NCBI GenBank assembly: GCA_034670305.1 | Contig: JAXMNT010000003.1 | Span: 64,001 to 128,000 of the forward strand | From: Deltaproteobacteria bacterium | GTDB taxonomy: Bacteria > Myxococcota_A > Polyangia > Polyangiales > Houyiibacteriaceae | Direction of reading: 5' to 3' | Length of the DNA stretch: 64,000 bases | Part shown: positions 1 through 10,170 of the stretch, piece by piece | How the letters are laid out: each line of letters opens with the position of its first letter | How positions within the stretch are numbered: the first letter of the stretch is position 1 | Notes under the pieces: model-generated | The model's database searches: none | What the model was told of the DNA's origin: nothing | Seen by the model: the letters and a program-made list of their open reading frames with translations, nothing else | Position numbers and translations under genes: made by a program

Positions 1-1748
1 CTCGAGGAGAAGACCGGCAGGTTCATGGTCCGCGCCGCCATGTCGGATGCGGCGTTCGAGACCTGCGCATCGAAGAGCGCGGTCTGGTAGAGGATGCGGC
101 GCTCTGAGATGTCCACGCCCGGAAGCGGGTCTTCGAGGATGTGCGGCACGTACGTCGACGGCTCCGCGAGGTCCCACATCGTCTGGGTCGAGATGATGAA
201 CCAATCGCGGTCGAGCTTCTCCGTGTACCAGAGCGCGAAGATGAGCTCGAAGGGTTCGAAGTCGATCGAGCGGCGGACGAGCGTGGAGTATCCGACCGCA
301 CCCACTTGCAGAACGTACCGGTCGATGGTGTCGCTGAGCGCTGCGAGCGTCGCGCCCATGATCCCGCCCTGGCTGATCCCGTAGTAGTACATCTCGTCGC
401 TCTTCAGGAGCGGGCGGGACTCGTCGCCCACCGCGAGCTGCAGCTCGGCGATCTCGCTACACGGTCCGCCGGTGGCGAACGTCTTCTGCAGAATGAGCGA
501 GTTGAGCGTGCCTTGCATCAGCCGCTCGCCGAGCTGCCGGAAGTTGTCGAACTGGGTGACCACGTGGGTGATGAACTGAGCTTCGTCGCCTTCGGCGAGA
601 CCCCAGTAGTCGGTGCCGAAGCCGACCATCTCGGAGCGCTGCAGGGCAACGCGGGTGCCCCCGCTCGAGACCTGGCCTGCGCTTCCGAGCAGACCGTGTC
701 CGTACATCAATCCGCGGCCTGGGCCGTCTCCGTTCATCACCCGATCCCGCACGCTCGGCGGGATGACGAGTTCGAACGGCGCCTCGGTGGTCTCGAGGAA
801 CGCGATCTCACCGGACGCGTCGCGGTTGGCGATCGAGCCTTCGTACTCGTGGGTCATGTACAGCGGCACGGTGTAGGTGCCGCGCACGCGTCGCCAGATC
901 TCGCCGTTCACGTCTTCTTCAACCGAGGTCACGGTGCAGGTGCCGACGCCGTCGGTGCGATCGTTGAAGCGCTGAAAGCCATCGTCGCGGATCTGGAGCA
1001 TCTCGCCGTAGAGCGAAGGGCCGCTCGCGGTGTGGAACTCCCACGCGATGACCAGGTCCTCCCGCGCGACGCCCGCGCCGGCGAGCGTGGTGAACATCGT
1101 CTCCATTTCGGGGCGGCGCGCTTCGACCTCGGCCACCTCGGTGGCGATGTCGTCGCGGAGCGCGCGGAAGTAATCGCTCGGCTCTACGGGCGAGCCGTCG
1201 ATGAGCGCGATGTTTCGGATCGCAGCAATGTAGCGGTGGTTCTCGAGCAACCGCTGCGCCGGCCGCATGTAGAAGCTGGTCTCGTCGGCGGGCGAGCGGG
1301 GCCACTTGTCGATCTCCGCGATGTGGGCGACCCACTCGCCGGTGTCGGCGTCGATGATCACGGTCGGCGACGTGGGCAGGAGGCTGTCGCCGATGTTCAG
1401 ATCGTCGGCGAGGTTCGAATCGTCCACTTTGCCGTCGAACGCCATGATGAGACTGCCCATCGGGCTGAACCCGTCGAAGCGGTTCCAAGTGCCCATGTCC
1501 GCGGCCGGCGAGTCGAACTGGTTGTGCGGGATCGCTTCGACCGGCAGGTCGACCCGGAACCCGGTGTCGGTGGTCGCGTCCTCCCGCAGGTACCGCGTGG
1601 TCGGATACGGCATCAGACAATGACGCGGATGGAGGTTCTCGCATTCCGGCCGGGAGACGTCGATGACGAGTTCCTCCCCTGGCACCGGATCGTCGCCGCA
1701 TCCGAACAAACACACCCAAGCCACGCCCACACAAGTCAGCCGGTTCAT
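1..1748 (-). CDS. Secreted alpha/beta-hydrolase (lipase-like) lipoprotein; 3' end runs off the window
   Basis: Absent from the ORF track because it is open-ended. Manual translation from ATG 1748 gives MNRLTCVGVAWVCLFGC|GDD (lipobox), CLMPYP..., FDGFSP, YGHGLLG and the nucleophile elbow YYGISQGG. Confidence 0.8.
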   Translation of the reverse strand, partial: MNRLTCVGVAWVCLFGCGDDPVPGEELVIDVSRPECENLHPRHCLMPYPTTRYLREDATTDTGFRVDLPVEAIPHNQFDSPAADMGTWNRFDGFSPMGSLIMAFDGKVDDSNLADDLNIGDSLLPTSPTVIIDADTGEWVAHIAEIDKWPRSPADETSFYMRPAQRLLENHRYIAAIRNIALIDGSPVEPSDYFRALRDDIATEVAEVEARRPEMETMFTTLAGAGVAREDLVIAWEFHTASGPSLYGEMLQIRDDGFQRFNDRTDGVGTCTVTSVEEDVNGEIWRRVRGTYTVPLYMTHEYEGSIANRDASGEIAFLETTEAPFELVIPPSVRDRVMNGDGPGRGLMYGHGLLGSAGQVSSGGTRVALQRSEMVGFGTDYWGLAEGDEAQFITHVVTQFDNFRQLGERLMQGTLNSLILQKTFATGGPCSEIAELQLAVGDESRPLLKSDEMYYYGISQGGIMGATLAALSDTIDRYVLQVGAVGYSTLVRRSIDFEPFELIFALWYTEKLDRDWFIISTQTMWDLAEPSTYVPHILEDPLPGVDISERRILYQTALFDAQVSNAASDMAARTMNLPVFSS

Positions 1749-1845
1749 GGCGGGCAGTATGCCGAGCCAGGCCGATTTCTGCCCTGACTTTCCGTTCGTG
1801 CTCTTCTGGCCGGGTGCGGTCGGAAGGTGCAGCGGACGCCTTCGA

Positions 1846-3480
1846 TCAGCGGTAGACGACGACGTAGGTGCTCAAATCCATCGACCCCCCGCGGGGTTCG
1901 CCGCCGTCGAAGCGGGCGCTGTATGCCACCGTGTTCTCCTCGCCGAGGACCACGTCGGCCGTGATGTCCATCACGGTCGGCGCGACCGGCAGCCCTGGAC
2001 ACCACGCGGCACGGCTCGGGGCCCAGTTGCCCCATTGGCCTGGGACGACCCCTTCGCCGGCCCGATCCGCGCACCCGCGCGCCTGTCCGGCCTGGCCTTC
2101 GTGGTCGATCGTGTGGACCGATCCACCGATCGAGAAGTCGTGGACGTGGTTGCACCACTCGGCGCAGTTGTCGCGTTCGGTCTGACCGTGTCCGCTGACG
2201 ATCGTCACCAGCTCGACGCGGGTGGCATCCGCTGGCGGGGTGAACACGAAGGGCGTCTGGCCGGCGTTGTACTCGGCGTTGAACTCGCCCCCGCGGAACG
2301 CGAGCAGCGCTTCGCTGGCCCTCGCGTCACCGGAGCTCTGGAGCCGCAGCGACACCGACACGACGCGGGGGGTCGCTTCTTCCCAGGCGGGTCCCATCGT
2401 CACGCGAAGCGTCTTCGTCCCGCCGTCGCCGAGGAGCGGCAGGAGCGGCGATGCTTCGAGCAACCAGCGCCGCCTGCCCGGGCGGCTGTACGGGGTGATC
2501 CACCGGACGAGCTCGTTGGCGGTCGTGCACTCCGCGTCGTCGCACACGTGTACGTACGCGATGCGGTCCCACTCCGAGCAGTCGCCGGGCGCGAGGTGAC
2601 AGGTGACTTGCACATCGACGCTGAGCCGATCGAAACCAGAGAGGTCGGCCGGCAGCGCCGCGTCGCGGATCAAGATGCGTTCGGTGACCGCTTCTTCCTC
2701 CATGACCGGGACCACGGTCGCGTCCTCTTCGTCTACCCGGCGCTGCACGCCGTCGAGGTGGTCGTAGTAAGGCGAGAAATAGGCCGCCATCTCCATGCGC
2801 GCGACGAACGCGCCCGCCGCCACCACCGAGAGCGACCCGCCCTCGTCGAAGCGCTGGAGCCGATCGATCGCGAAGGTGTGTTGGACCGTCGGGTTCGCGC
2901 GGACGAGATCCCCGATTGGACCTTCCACGTCGGGGAGCGGTGTCTCGATGAAGTGAACCCGCGGCCGCCAGGCGGCTTCCTCTTCGGGCGTCGTCCGGGC
3001 AAACGCCTCGTCGAAGAACCCCTGCATCTCTTCGGCGCGTGCTTTTGCGCGCACGGGATGGTCTTCGTAGTTGCCGAAGAAGTAGTGCACGTTCGGCCGC
3101 GAGTTCGTGAGCAGCCGATCCGGGAAACTCTCCCAGTACTGACGTGCATAGTCCGTCCCGGTGTGGTTGATGAAGACGTAGCTCTCGCAGCCGGTCCAGT
3201 GATCGGAGAGGGTCCACGCGCCCTGGTCGGTGGTGAGCACCGTGAAATCGCCGGCCACATCGCCGAATGCCGCGCCGGTCCCTGATTGCAGCGGGCGCCG
3301 TGGCAGCTCGAGCGCATCGCACACGTCGGGCTCGACCACGGGGGCGTCGATGCCAGCATCTTCAAGCGGAACGAACGCATCCATGCCCGCGTCGCCAGGG
3401 CCCGCGTCCGGCGACGCGTCGTCGTCGCCACAGGCCGCGGTGGAGGAGAGAACCAGGGCGAGCACCAGAACGTGTTTCAC
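1846..3480 (-). CDS. Peptide-N-glycosidase F (PNGase F)-like lipoprotein with an extra N-terminal domain
   Basis: Lipobox STAAC|GDDD; PNGase F-type motifs CSEWDR, ELVRWITPY, SGHG..CAEWC and WGNW...RAAWCPG. Confidence 0.8.
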   Translation of the reverse strand: MKHVLVLALVLSSTAACGDDDASPDAGPGDAGMDAFVPLEDAGIDAPVVEPDVCDALELPRRPLQSGTGAAFGDVAGDFTVLTTDQGAWTLSDHWTGCESYVFINHTGTDYARQYWESFPDRLLTNSRPNVHYFFGNYEDHPVRAKARAEEMQGFFDEAFARTTPEEEAAWRPRVHFIETPLPDVEGPIGDLVRANPTVQHTFAIDRLQRFDEGGSLSVVAAGAFVARMEMAAYFSPYYDHLDGVQRRVDEEDATVVPVMEEEAVTERILIRDAALPADLSGFDRLSVDVQVTCHLAPGDCSEWDRIAYVHVCDDAECTTANELVRWITPYSRPGRRRWLLEASPLLPLLGDGGTKTLRVTMGPAWEEATPRVVSVSLRLQSSGDARASEALLAFRGGEFNAEYNAGQTPFVFTPPADATRVELVTIVSGHGQTERDNCAEWCNHVHDFSIGGSVHTIDHEGQAGQARGCADRAGEGVVPGQWGNWAPSRAAWCPGLPVAPTVMDITADVVLGEENTVAYSARFDGGEPRGGSMDLSTYVVVYR

Positions 3481-3578
3481 CCTCGGAACGCTACGTCATC
3501 CGCTGTGTCGTCGCCACCTGCACTCGGTGTGTTCCGACGCCGACTCACCGTCCATCGCTGGGGAACTCGAGATGGCGC

Positions 3579-4367
<789 letters not shown>

Positions 4368-4377
4368 CGACTTCTCC

Positions 4378-5019
4378 TCAGAGCCAGTAGGTGAAGCCGG
4401 CGTTCGCCAGCAGGTTTGCGTTGCCGAAGATGTCGACCCCGAGTGCGCCGTCTTCGCCGAAACCGAAGACGTTGTCGTCGTCGCTGTAGATCGCGATGGC
4501 GAACCCGATCTGGGTATGGAGCGAGAGGTTCTCGGTCACGAAGTACTGCGGCCTCAGTCCGACTTCGATGGTGAACACCCGGGAGCGCACCGTGTCGCCG
4601 AAGTCGGGATTGAACCGGCCGCCGGCCAGCCCGAACCCGATGACGCCGTCCAAGCGCACGTCTTCGCTGATCTCGACTCGAATCAGTCCCCGCACCGCCG
4701 CGGTCCACGCGGTCGTCCGGGCGTTCGACGCGTCGTCGTTGCGCATGAGGACGCCGCCCATGACTTGCAGACCGAAGCCGGAGCTGACGTCCATGGTCAA
4801 GGCCAGGCCGGGAAGCCGGAAACCGAAATCGGGCGTCGTCGCGTCCACGTTCTGTGCTGCGGCCCAGCCGAGGGCGGTGTCCACACCGACACCGAAGCGC
4901 CCACCCATGTCCTTCGCGTGCGCGGTGTTGGGGGCGAGCGAGGTGGCCACGGTGAATGCAAAGAGCCCGAAGACGAATGCGACTCGTCGGCGGAAACGTT
5001 GGGAGTGGTTCGGATCCAT
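4378..5019 (-). CDS. Putative small outer-membrane beta-barrel protein
   Basis: Signal peptide AHA|KDMGGRFGVG; amphipathic beta strands; C-terminal AGFTYWL resembles a beta-signal. Confidence 0.7.
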   Translation of the reverse strand: MDPNHSQRFRRRVAFVFGLFAFTVATSLAPNTAHAKDMGGRFGVGVDTALGWAAAQNVDATTPDFGFRLPGLALTMDVSSGFGLQVMGGVLMRNDDASNARTTAWTAAVRGLIRVEISEDVRLDGVIGFGLAGGRFNPDFGDTVRSRVFTIEVGLRPQYFVTENLSLHTQIGFAIAIYSDDDNVFGFGEDGALGVDIFGNANLLANAGFTYWL

Positions 5020-5122
5020 GGAGCCACGGTAGAGAGGGCCGTCCCCCCGGATCCAGTTTTCGACACGTTCTCGGAAAGCAGCAGGCCAGCGGGTCCCAAA
5101 CCTCCCCGTCAGACGCCGCCGA

Positions 5123-6193
5123 TCAATAGGTCCGCATCATGCTGGGCATGAAGAGGAGTACGAACAGAACCAGGCATGCGTAGCCCATCACTTTGCGGCC
5201 GGTCGAGAGGCGGTGGTCGTCGACGGGGGGATGGAGCGCCGCATCGGCCGGGTCGCCCAATGCTTTGGCCATCTCACGGGTCTCTGGATCCTCGAGCGCA
5301 CGCCGGAGCTGGGTACGGCCCATCCGGGTCATGAAGTACAGCAGCAGCGCCCACACGAGCCAGTGACTCCCCGCGAAGGAGTGCATCCACGAGATGTGCC
5401 CGAGCTGGCTGTACATCTGCCAGCCGTAGAAGACGCTCACCACCAGCGCGAGGAACGGCAGCGTTGCGAGCACGAGCCGCGAGATGCGGTGCTGGCGCCG
5501 GTCGAAGAGGGCATACGCGATGTGGCCTCCGTCGAGCTGCCCGAAAGGCACGAGGTTGATCATCGTGACCAGGAGCCCAACCCAGCCGGCCAGTGCCGTC
5601 GAGGTCAGGACGATGTCGTGCCCGGCGGGAATGTCGCCCTTCAGTAGGTAGAGCAGCGCTTCGTAGAGGATCGAGTGCCCCTCGAGCAGCGTGTTGCCGG
5701 TGGGCGGGTCGAGCGGCGCGACCGGGCTGGTGTGCATGCCGTAGAGGAGGACCGGAATGCACACCACCATGCCGGCGATCGGCCCGGCGGCGCCGATGTC
5801 CATCAGCGCGTTGCGCGATCGGACGCGTTCGCGGAGCTGGATCACCGCCCCGAAGGTGCCGAGGGAAAACGGCACCGGAATGAAGTAGGGCGGAGAGATG
5901 TCGACGCCGTGCAGCCGCCCCACGATGTAGTGCCCGAGTTCGTGCGAGAGCAGGATCGCGAGCAGCGGCACCGAGAAGACCCAGCCGGCCAGCAGGTTCT
6001 GCAGCGGCTCGCTGTGCCCCTCCAGCCCCGCCCCCACGTAGAGCGTCGAGAACGCGGTCGCGGCAAACAGAAGCCCGGCGGTGCGCCAATCCTTCCACCC
6101 CGATGTGCTTGGCGGATCCGAAGTGCCAGCGTCCCGCTCGGCCAGCGGCGGCGCTTCAGGCGGCGCATTCGACATCGCCTGTGCGTCGCTCAT
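5123..6193 (-). CDS. Site-2 protease (peptidase M50 family)
   Basis: HELGH zinc motif, DIGAAGPIAG, NLVPFGQLDGGH, multiple TM helices. Confidence 0.92.
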   Translation of the reverse strand: MSDAQAMSNAPPEAPPLAERDAGTSDPPSTSGWKDWRTAGLLFAATAFSTLYVGAGLEGHSEPLQNLLAGWVFSVPLLAILLSHELGHYIVGRLHGVDISPPYFIPVPFSLGTFGAVIQLRERVRSRNALMDIGAAGPIAGMVVCIPVLLYGMHTSPVAPLDPPTGNTLLEGHSILYEALLYLLKGDIPAGHDIVLTSTALAGWVGLLVTMINLVPFGQLDGGHIAYALFDRRQHRISRLVLATLPFLALVVSVFYGWQMYSQLGHISWMHSFAGSHWLVWALLLYFMTRMGRTQLRRALEDPETREMAKALGDPADAALHPPVDDHRLSTGRKVMGYACLVLFVLLFMPSMMRTY

Positions 6194-6750
6194 GAGAGCG
6201 CGCGCCGGAGCGCTTCGAGCTGGACCGAGAGCCGCCCATCGAGCGCGCCGAGTTCGGTCTGGACCACGCAGTCTCCGCGGCCGAGCGTCTCGTCCTCTTC
6301 GAGCTGCGCGCCTTCGAGGCCCGCCATCGCCGAGACCGCTGCGACATCGTCTGGGTGCACCCGGATCCGCAAACGCGTCGCACGCTTGGCGGTGTCGAGT
6401 ACGGCGCGCACGATGGTCTGAACCGACTCGGGGCGCAGATCGATTTGCGCTCGGAGGATCTGTTCGGCCGCCGCCACCGCGAGCGCGGCGACCTGCGACT
6501 CGGAGACCTCGAGCGCGCGCACGTGGCGCTGCGACGCCTGCTGCAAGAGCGCCGTCGTTTCCACAGCGGCTCGCTCCGCGCCTTCACGGTACGCCGTCTC
6601 GCGGATGCCACCGGCGTCTTGCTCCGCCTTCGCGCGGGTCTGCTCGGCTTCGACCAACGCGCTGGCGACGATCTGGTCCGCCTGGGCTCGGGCGTCGAGC
6701 ACGACCGCCGGCAACACGCGGTCTCGCGGGGCGCGAAGAATGCGACTCAT
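6190..6750 (-). CDS. FliH/SctL-family stator protein
   Basis: Helical N-terminus with AYREG, AVAAAEQIL, IRVHPDD and DETLGRGDCVVQTELGALDGRL, typical of the FliH/SctL C-domain. ATG 6750 overlaps the upstream stop (ATGA). Confidence 0.85.
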   Translation of the reverse strand: MSRILRAPRDRVLPAVVLDARAQADQIVASALVEAEQTRAKAEQDAGGIRETAYREGAERAAVETTALLQQASQRHVRALEVSESQVAALAVAAAEQILRAQIDLRPESVQTIVRAVLDTAKRATRLRIRVHPDDVAAVSAMAGLEGAQLEEDETLGRGDCVVQTELGALDGRLSVQLEALRRALS

Positions 6751-7163
6751 GGATCGACCATGGCAGAAAAGACGAGGTCGAGTTCGCGGATTTCGTCGTC
6801 GGCGTTTCTGGACGATCCGTCGATCCAACGAGTCAGCTCGTCTACCAGCCCCGGCGCTGCACGGAAACCGCGCCGCACCGCAGGAAGGTGCGGGGTGGGA
6901 ACGCCGAGCAACGCCTGGATTCGCGGCGCCGCGGTCGACACCTTCGCGCTGGGCACCGGACGCAAGAGCGCGGCAGCCGCGCGCGCCCGCTCCCGCCGCG
7001 TCTCCGTCGACCAGGGTTCACACGGCACGACCAGCCCGGTCGGAAGCGCCACGCCATCCCGCTCGTGGGCCATGGACGCGAGCAAGAAGCCAGCGACCAT
7101 CTCGTCCGGCCAGGGAAACGCACCCGTGGGGCGTTCGGGATCCTCCGCGTCGACTTCATTCAT
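6747..7163 (-). CDS. Hypothetical protein directly upstream of the SctL-like gene (SctK-like position)
   Basis: 138-aa ORF whose stop overlaps the ATG of the FliH/SctL gene; no recognised motif. Confidence 0.5.
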   Translation of the reverse strand: MNEVDAEDPERPTGAFPWPDEMVAGFLLASMAHERDGVALPTGLVVPCEPWSTETRRERARAAAALLRPVPSAKVSTAAPRIQALLGVPTPHLPAVRRGFRAAPGLVDELTRWIDGSSRNADDEIRELDLVFSAMVDP

Positions 7164-7217
7164 CCGTAAGGCTCCACGCCAGCACCCGAACCGCGTCCTG
7201 TTCTCCTGGCGCCGAAG

Positions 7218-8150
7218 TCATGCCCGCGCGCGGCGACGACGTGCCAGCAGCATCAGCGCCACGGTCCCGAAGCCGAACGCCATGCCGCCGTCGTTCGAGC
7301 CGGGAGACATCGCGCAGAGCGCAGCGAAGAAGTTGCCCTGCACCGGCTCGAAACAGACCGGGCCCTGTCCGGTGTTGACGTTGCCCACCCCATCGACCGC
7401 GTGCACGACGAAACACGCCGGCGCGACCGACTCCTCCGGGGTGAGCACAAACGCCATGGTGACGGTGCCAGCCTCGGCGTCCGAGAAGAAGTTCCGAACC
7501 CGCGACCGCAGCTCCGGCTCCTCGAGTCCCGTGGCGCGCGTCAGGTAGAGCAAGTACTCGATCGAGCCTGGAGAGCCATCGTCGGTGGCGGGCGGAAAGC
7601 TCACGTCGACCCGGTAACCGCCCTCGGGTGCGCTGCAGCCCACCGGAACGGAAGCGGTCGAGGGTGCTTCGATCCGTTCAAGCGTCGGGGGCTCGACATC
7701 GGCGGCGGTTCCGGTGCGAAAGTCGAAGTCAAGGACCCGGTCGATCCCCACCGCCGTGCCGGCGTACCGGTCGCTCGTGGCGAGTGGGGCCGAGGGCAGA
7801 AAGAAGAGGGAGTCGCCGACTGCCTGTACGGTCCCCTCCACCGGCGTCCCGGTCGTGACGCAAGAGGTGACCGGCGTGCTTCCACAGCGACGCAGATCGA
7901 AGGTGGTCTCGGGATCGATGAAGTCGAAGTAGTCCGGTGAGAACCGCACCTCCACCCAGGCGTTGGTCGGCACGTTGCGGGCGCCGCTGGCGGGCACCAC
8001 TTCGCGCGGCCCCCGATCGATCGGCACCTCGCAGTCGAGCGGACCGGCGTCGTCCTGCGCCAAGGCCTGTCCAGACATCGCGTTCACAGCCCCGAGTGCG
8101 ACCGCAGCCACGAGGAGCACGCAGGGCAAGCCACGAACAACGGATCTCAT
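7218..8150 (-). CDS. Secreted Ig-like domain protein with a MYXO-CTERM-like sorting signal
   Basis: C-terminal part of the long ORF 7218..10880. Signal peptide, P..GA.NVPTN..V.V.FS (bacterial Ig-like), and a C-terminal C-A-M + TM + RRRR tail. Confidence 0.75.
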   Translation of the reverse strand: MRSVVRGLPCVLLVAAVALGAVNAMSGQALAQDDAGPLDCEVPIDRGPREVVPASGARNVPTNAWVEVRFSPDYFDFIDPETTFDLRRCGSTPVTSCVTTGTPVEGTVQAVGDSLFFLPSAPLATSDRYAGTAVGIDRVLDFDFRTGTAADVEPPTLERIEAPSTASVPVGCSAPEGGYRVDVSFPPATDDGSPGSIEYLLYLTRATGLEEPELRSRVRNFFSDAEAGTVTMAFVLTPEESVAPACFVVHAVDGVGNVNTGQGPVCFEPVQGNFFAALCAMSPGSNDGGMAFGFGTVALMLLARRRRARA

Positions 8151-8252
8151 CGAGGGTACCCTAGCAACAACTGACGACCGGTGCAGGGGACAGATGCATG
8201 CTCCGAAAGATGCTCGAACCGAGCGCGCCTGAACCTGTATCGTCCGACATTC

Positions 8253-10166
8253 ATGGACCTCTACTCGGCCGCCAAGCGGCTCTCGCGACCCAGAACGTTT
8301 GCTTCGCTCGACGACCGAAAGGCGCTGGGCATCGGCGACCATGGTGTCATCGGAGATGGATGGACCGCCGCGCTCGTTCGAGCGGACGGCGTGCTCGACT
8401 GGCTCTGCTTGCCCCGGTTCGATCAGCCCTCGGTGTTCGGTTCCATTCTCGACGAGGAACGAGGAGGTCAGAGCGGGGTGACGCCCACCTCGTTCCCCTT
8501 CGACAGCCTGCAGCGCTACGACCCAGACACGAACGTCCTCGAGACGCTTTTCCAAGTCGCCGGACAAGGGGTCGTGCGGGTGACCGACTACATGCCCTGG
8601 ACCGACGACCCCCGCGCCGCGGTCCACGAGGTTCACCGCAGGGTTCAGTGCGTCGAAGGCCACGTCGAAATGGAGGTCACGTTCGATCCACGTTTCCAGT
8701 ACGCGGCTCAACAGGCAACGTTCGAGCACAACGACCACGGTGTGCTCGCGCGGGGGCAGCAGAGCGAGACCATCGCAGCGGTGGTGAGCGGCGCGCACGC
8801 GTGGTCGGACCGGCCAGGCGGGGGCAAGCGGACCCGTTTCACGCTCGGCCCGGGAGAACGACGCTGGGTGGTGCTGAGCTGGGGGGCGCCCCGACCCGAA
8901 CCGATCGAAGCGTACCGCCCGTTCGAGCACTTGCGCGCCACCCGGACCGCCTGGCGAAGTTGGGTGCACGCACTGGGCTACGAAGGGCCGTGGCGACACC
9001 ACGTCGTGCGCTCGGCACTGGTCCTCAAGCTCCTGATGTACGCCCCCACCGGCGCGATGGTCGCGGCGCCCACGACGTCGTTGCCGGAGTGGATCGGCGG
9101 GGTGCGCAACTGGGACTACCGCTACAGCTGGACGCGCGACAGCGCGATGGCGATCCGCGCGGCCAACCTGCTCGGCGCCAACCAAGAGGCTCGGGACTTC
9201 TTCCACTTCGTCCGCGACACGCTCGACCGACAGTCCGATCTTCAGATCATGTACGACCTGGATGGCAACCCGGTGCCCGACGAGCGCAGCCTCGACCACC
9301 TGGCCGGTCATCGGGGATCGAAACCAGTACGCGTCGGCAACGGCGCCCGCGACCAGGTGCAGCTCGACACCGCCGGTGCACTGCTCGACGCCGCGCACGT
9401 CTACGAGCGCGGTGGCGGGAGCCTGGGTCTGAGCGCGTGGCGCAAACTCCGGGCGGTGGTCGAAGGGGTCGATGCGCGTTGGACGCAGCCCGACCACGGC
9501 ATCTGGGAGCCGCGCGACGGAGTGCGGCACAACGTGCACTCCAAGCTGATGAGCTGGGTCGCCCTGCAGCGGGGCGCCGAGCTCGCGCCGCTCTTTGGCG
9601 ATCACGATCGGAGCCAACACTGGAAGACATCCGCAGCCGCGGTTCACGCGGACGTGTGCGAACGCGGTCTCGACGCAACCGGCGCGCACTTCGTCGCCGC
9701 GTACGACCACGAACACGCCGATGCGGCGCTGCTCCTGTTGCCGATCACCGGCTTTCTGCCGGCCGTCGACCCTCGGGTCGAGCGCACCATCGCCCGCATT
9801 CGCTCCGAGCTCGGCGACGGACCGTTTCTCCACCGCTACCGCACCGAAGACGGCGTGGGCGGCGCGGAAGGATCGTTCGTGCTCTGCGGGTTCTGGCTGG
9901 CCGAGGCCCTCGCCATGGCGGGCCGAGTCGACGAGGCGCAGGAGATCTTCTTGGCGCACGCCGAAGCCTCCAACCACCTCGGACTGCTGGCGGAAGAGGT
10001 CGACGCGAGCACGGGGGAAGCGCTCGGCAACTTCCCGCAGGCGTTCAGTCACCTCGGACTGATCAATGCCGCGGCGCGGATCAACCGAGCCCTTCGCCTC
10101 GGCGATCAGGGCCTCGGCGATCGAGGTCTCGGCGATCGAGGTTTCGGCGAACGGCGCCACCCCTGA
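8253..10166 (+). CDS. Glycoside hydrolase family 15 (trehalase/glucoamylase-like)
   Basis: DWLCLPRFD, AAPTTSLPE..GG.RNWDYRYSWTRD, GIWE and LGNFPQAFSHLGLI. Confidence 0.95.
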   Translation: MDLYSAAKRLSRPRTFASLDDRKALGIGDHGVIGDGWTAALVRADGVLDWLCLPRFDQPSVFGSILDEERGGQSGVTPTSFPFDSLQRYDPDTNVLETLFQVAGQGVVRVTDYMPWTDDPRAAVHEVHRRVQCVEGHVEMEVTFDPRFQYAAQQATFEHNDHGVLARGQQSETIAAVVSGAHAWSDRPGGGKRTRFTLGPGERRWVVLSWGAPRPEPIEAYRPFEHLRATRTAWRSWVHALGYEGPWRHHVVRSALVLKLLMYAPTGAMVAAPTTSLPEWIGGVRNWDYRYSWTRDSAMAIRAANLLGANQEARDFFHFVRDTLDRQSDLQIMYDLDGNPVPDERSLDHLAGHRGSKPVRVGNGARDQVQLDTAGALLDAAHVYERGGGSLGLSAWRKLRAVVEGVDARWTQPDHGIWEPRDGVRHNVHSKLMSWVALQRGAELAPLFGDHDRSQHWKTSAAAVHADVCERGLDATGAHFVAAYDHEHADAALLLLPITGFLPAVDPRVERTIARIRSELGDGPFLHRYRTEDGVGGAEGSFVLCGFWLAEALAMAGRVDEAQEIFLAHAEASNHLGLLAEEVDASTGEALGNFPQAFSHLGLINAAARINRALRLGDQGLGDRGLGDRGFGERRHP

Positions 10167-10170
10167 TCCC

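Noticed and set aside
10098-10157. 15-nt repeats (LGDRG) at the GH15 C-terminus
   Set aside because: A short low-complexity tail with no evidence of function.
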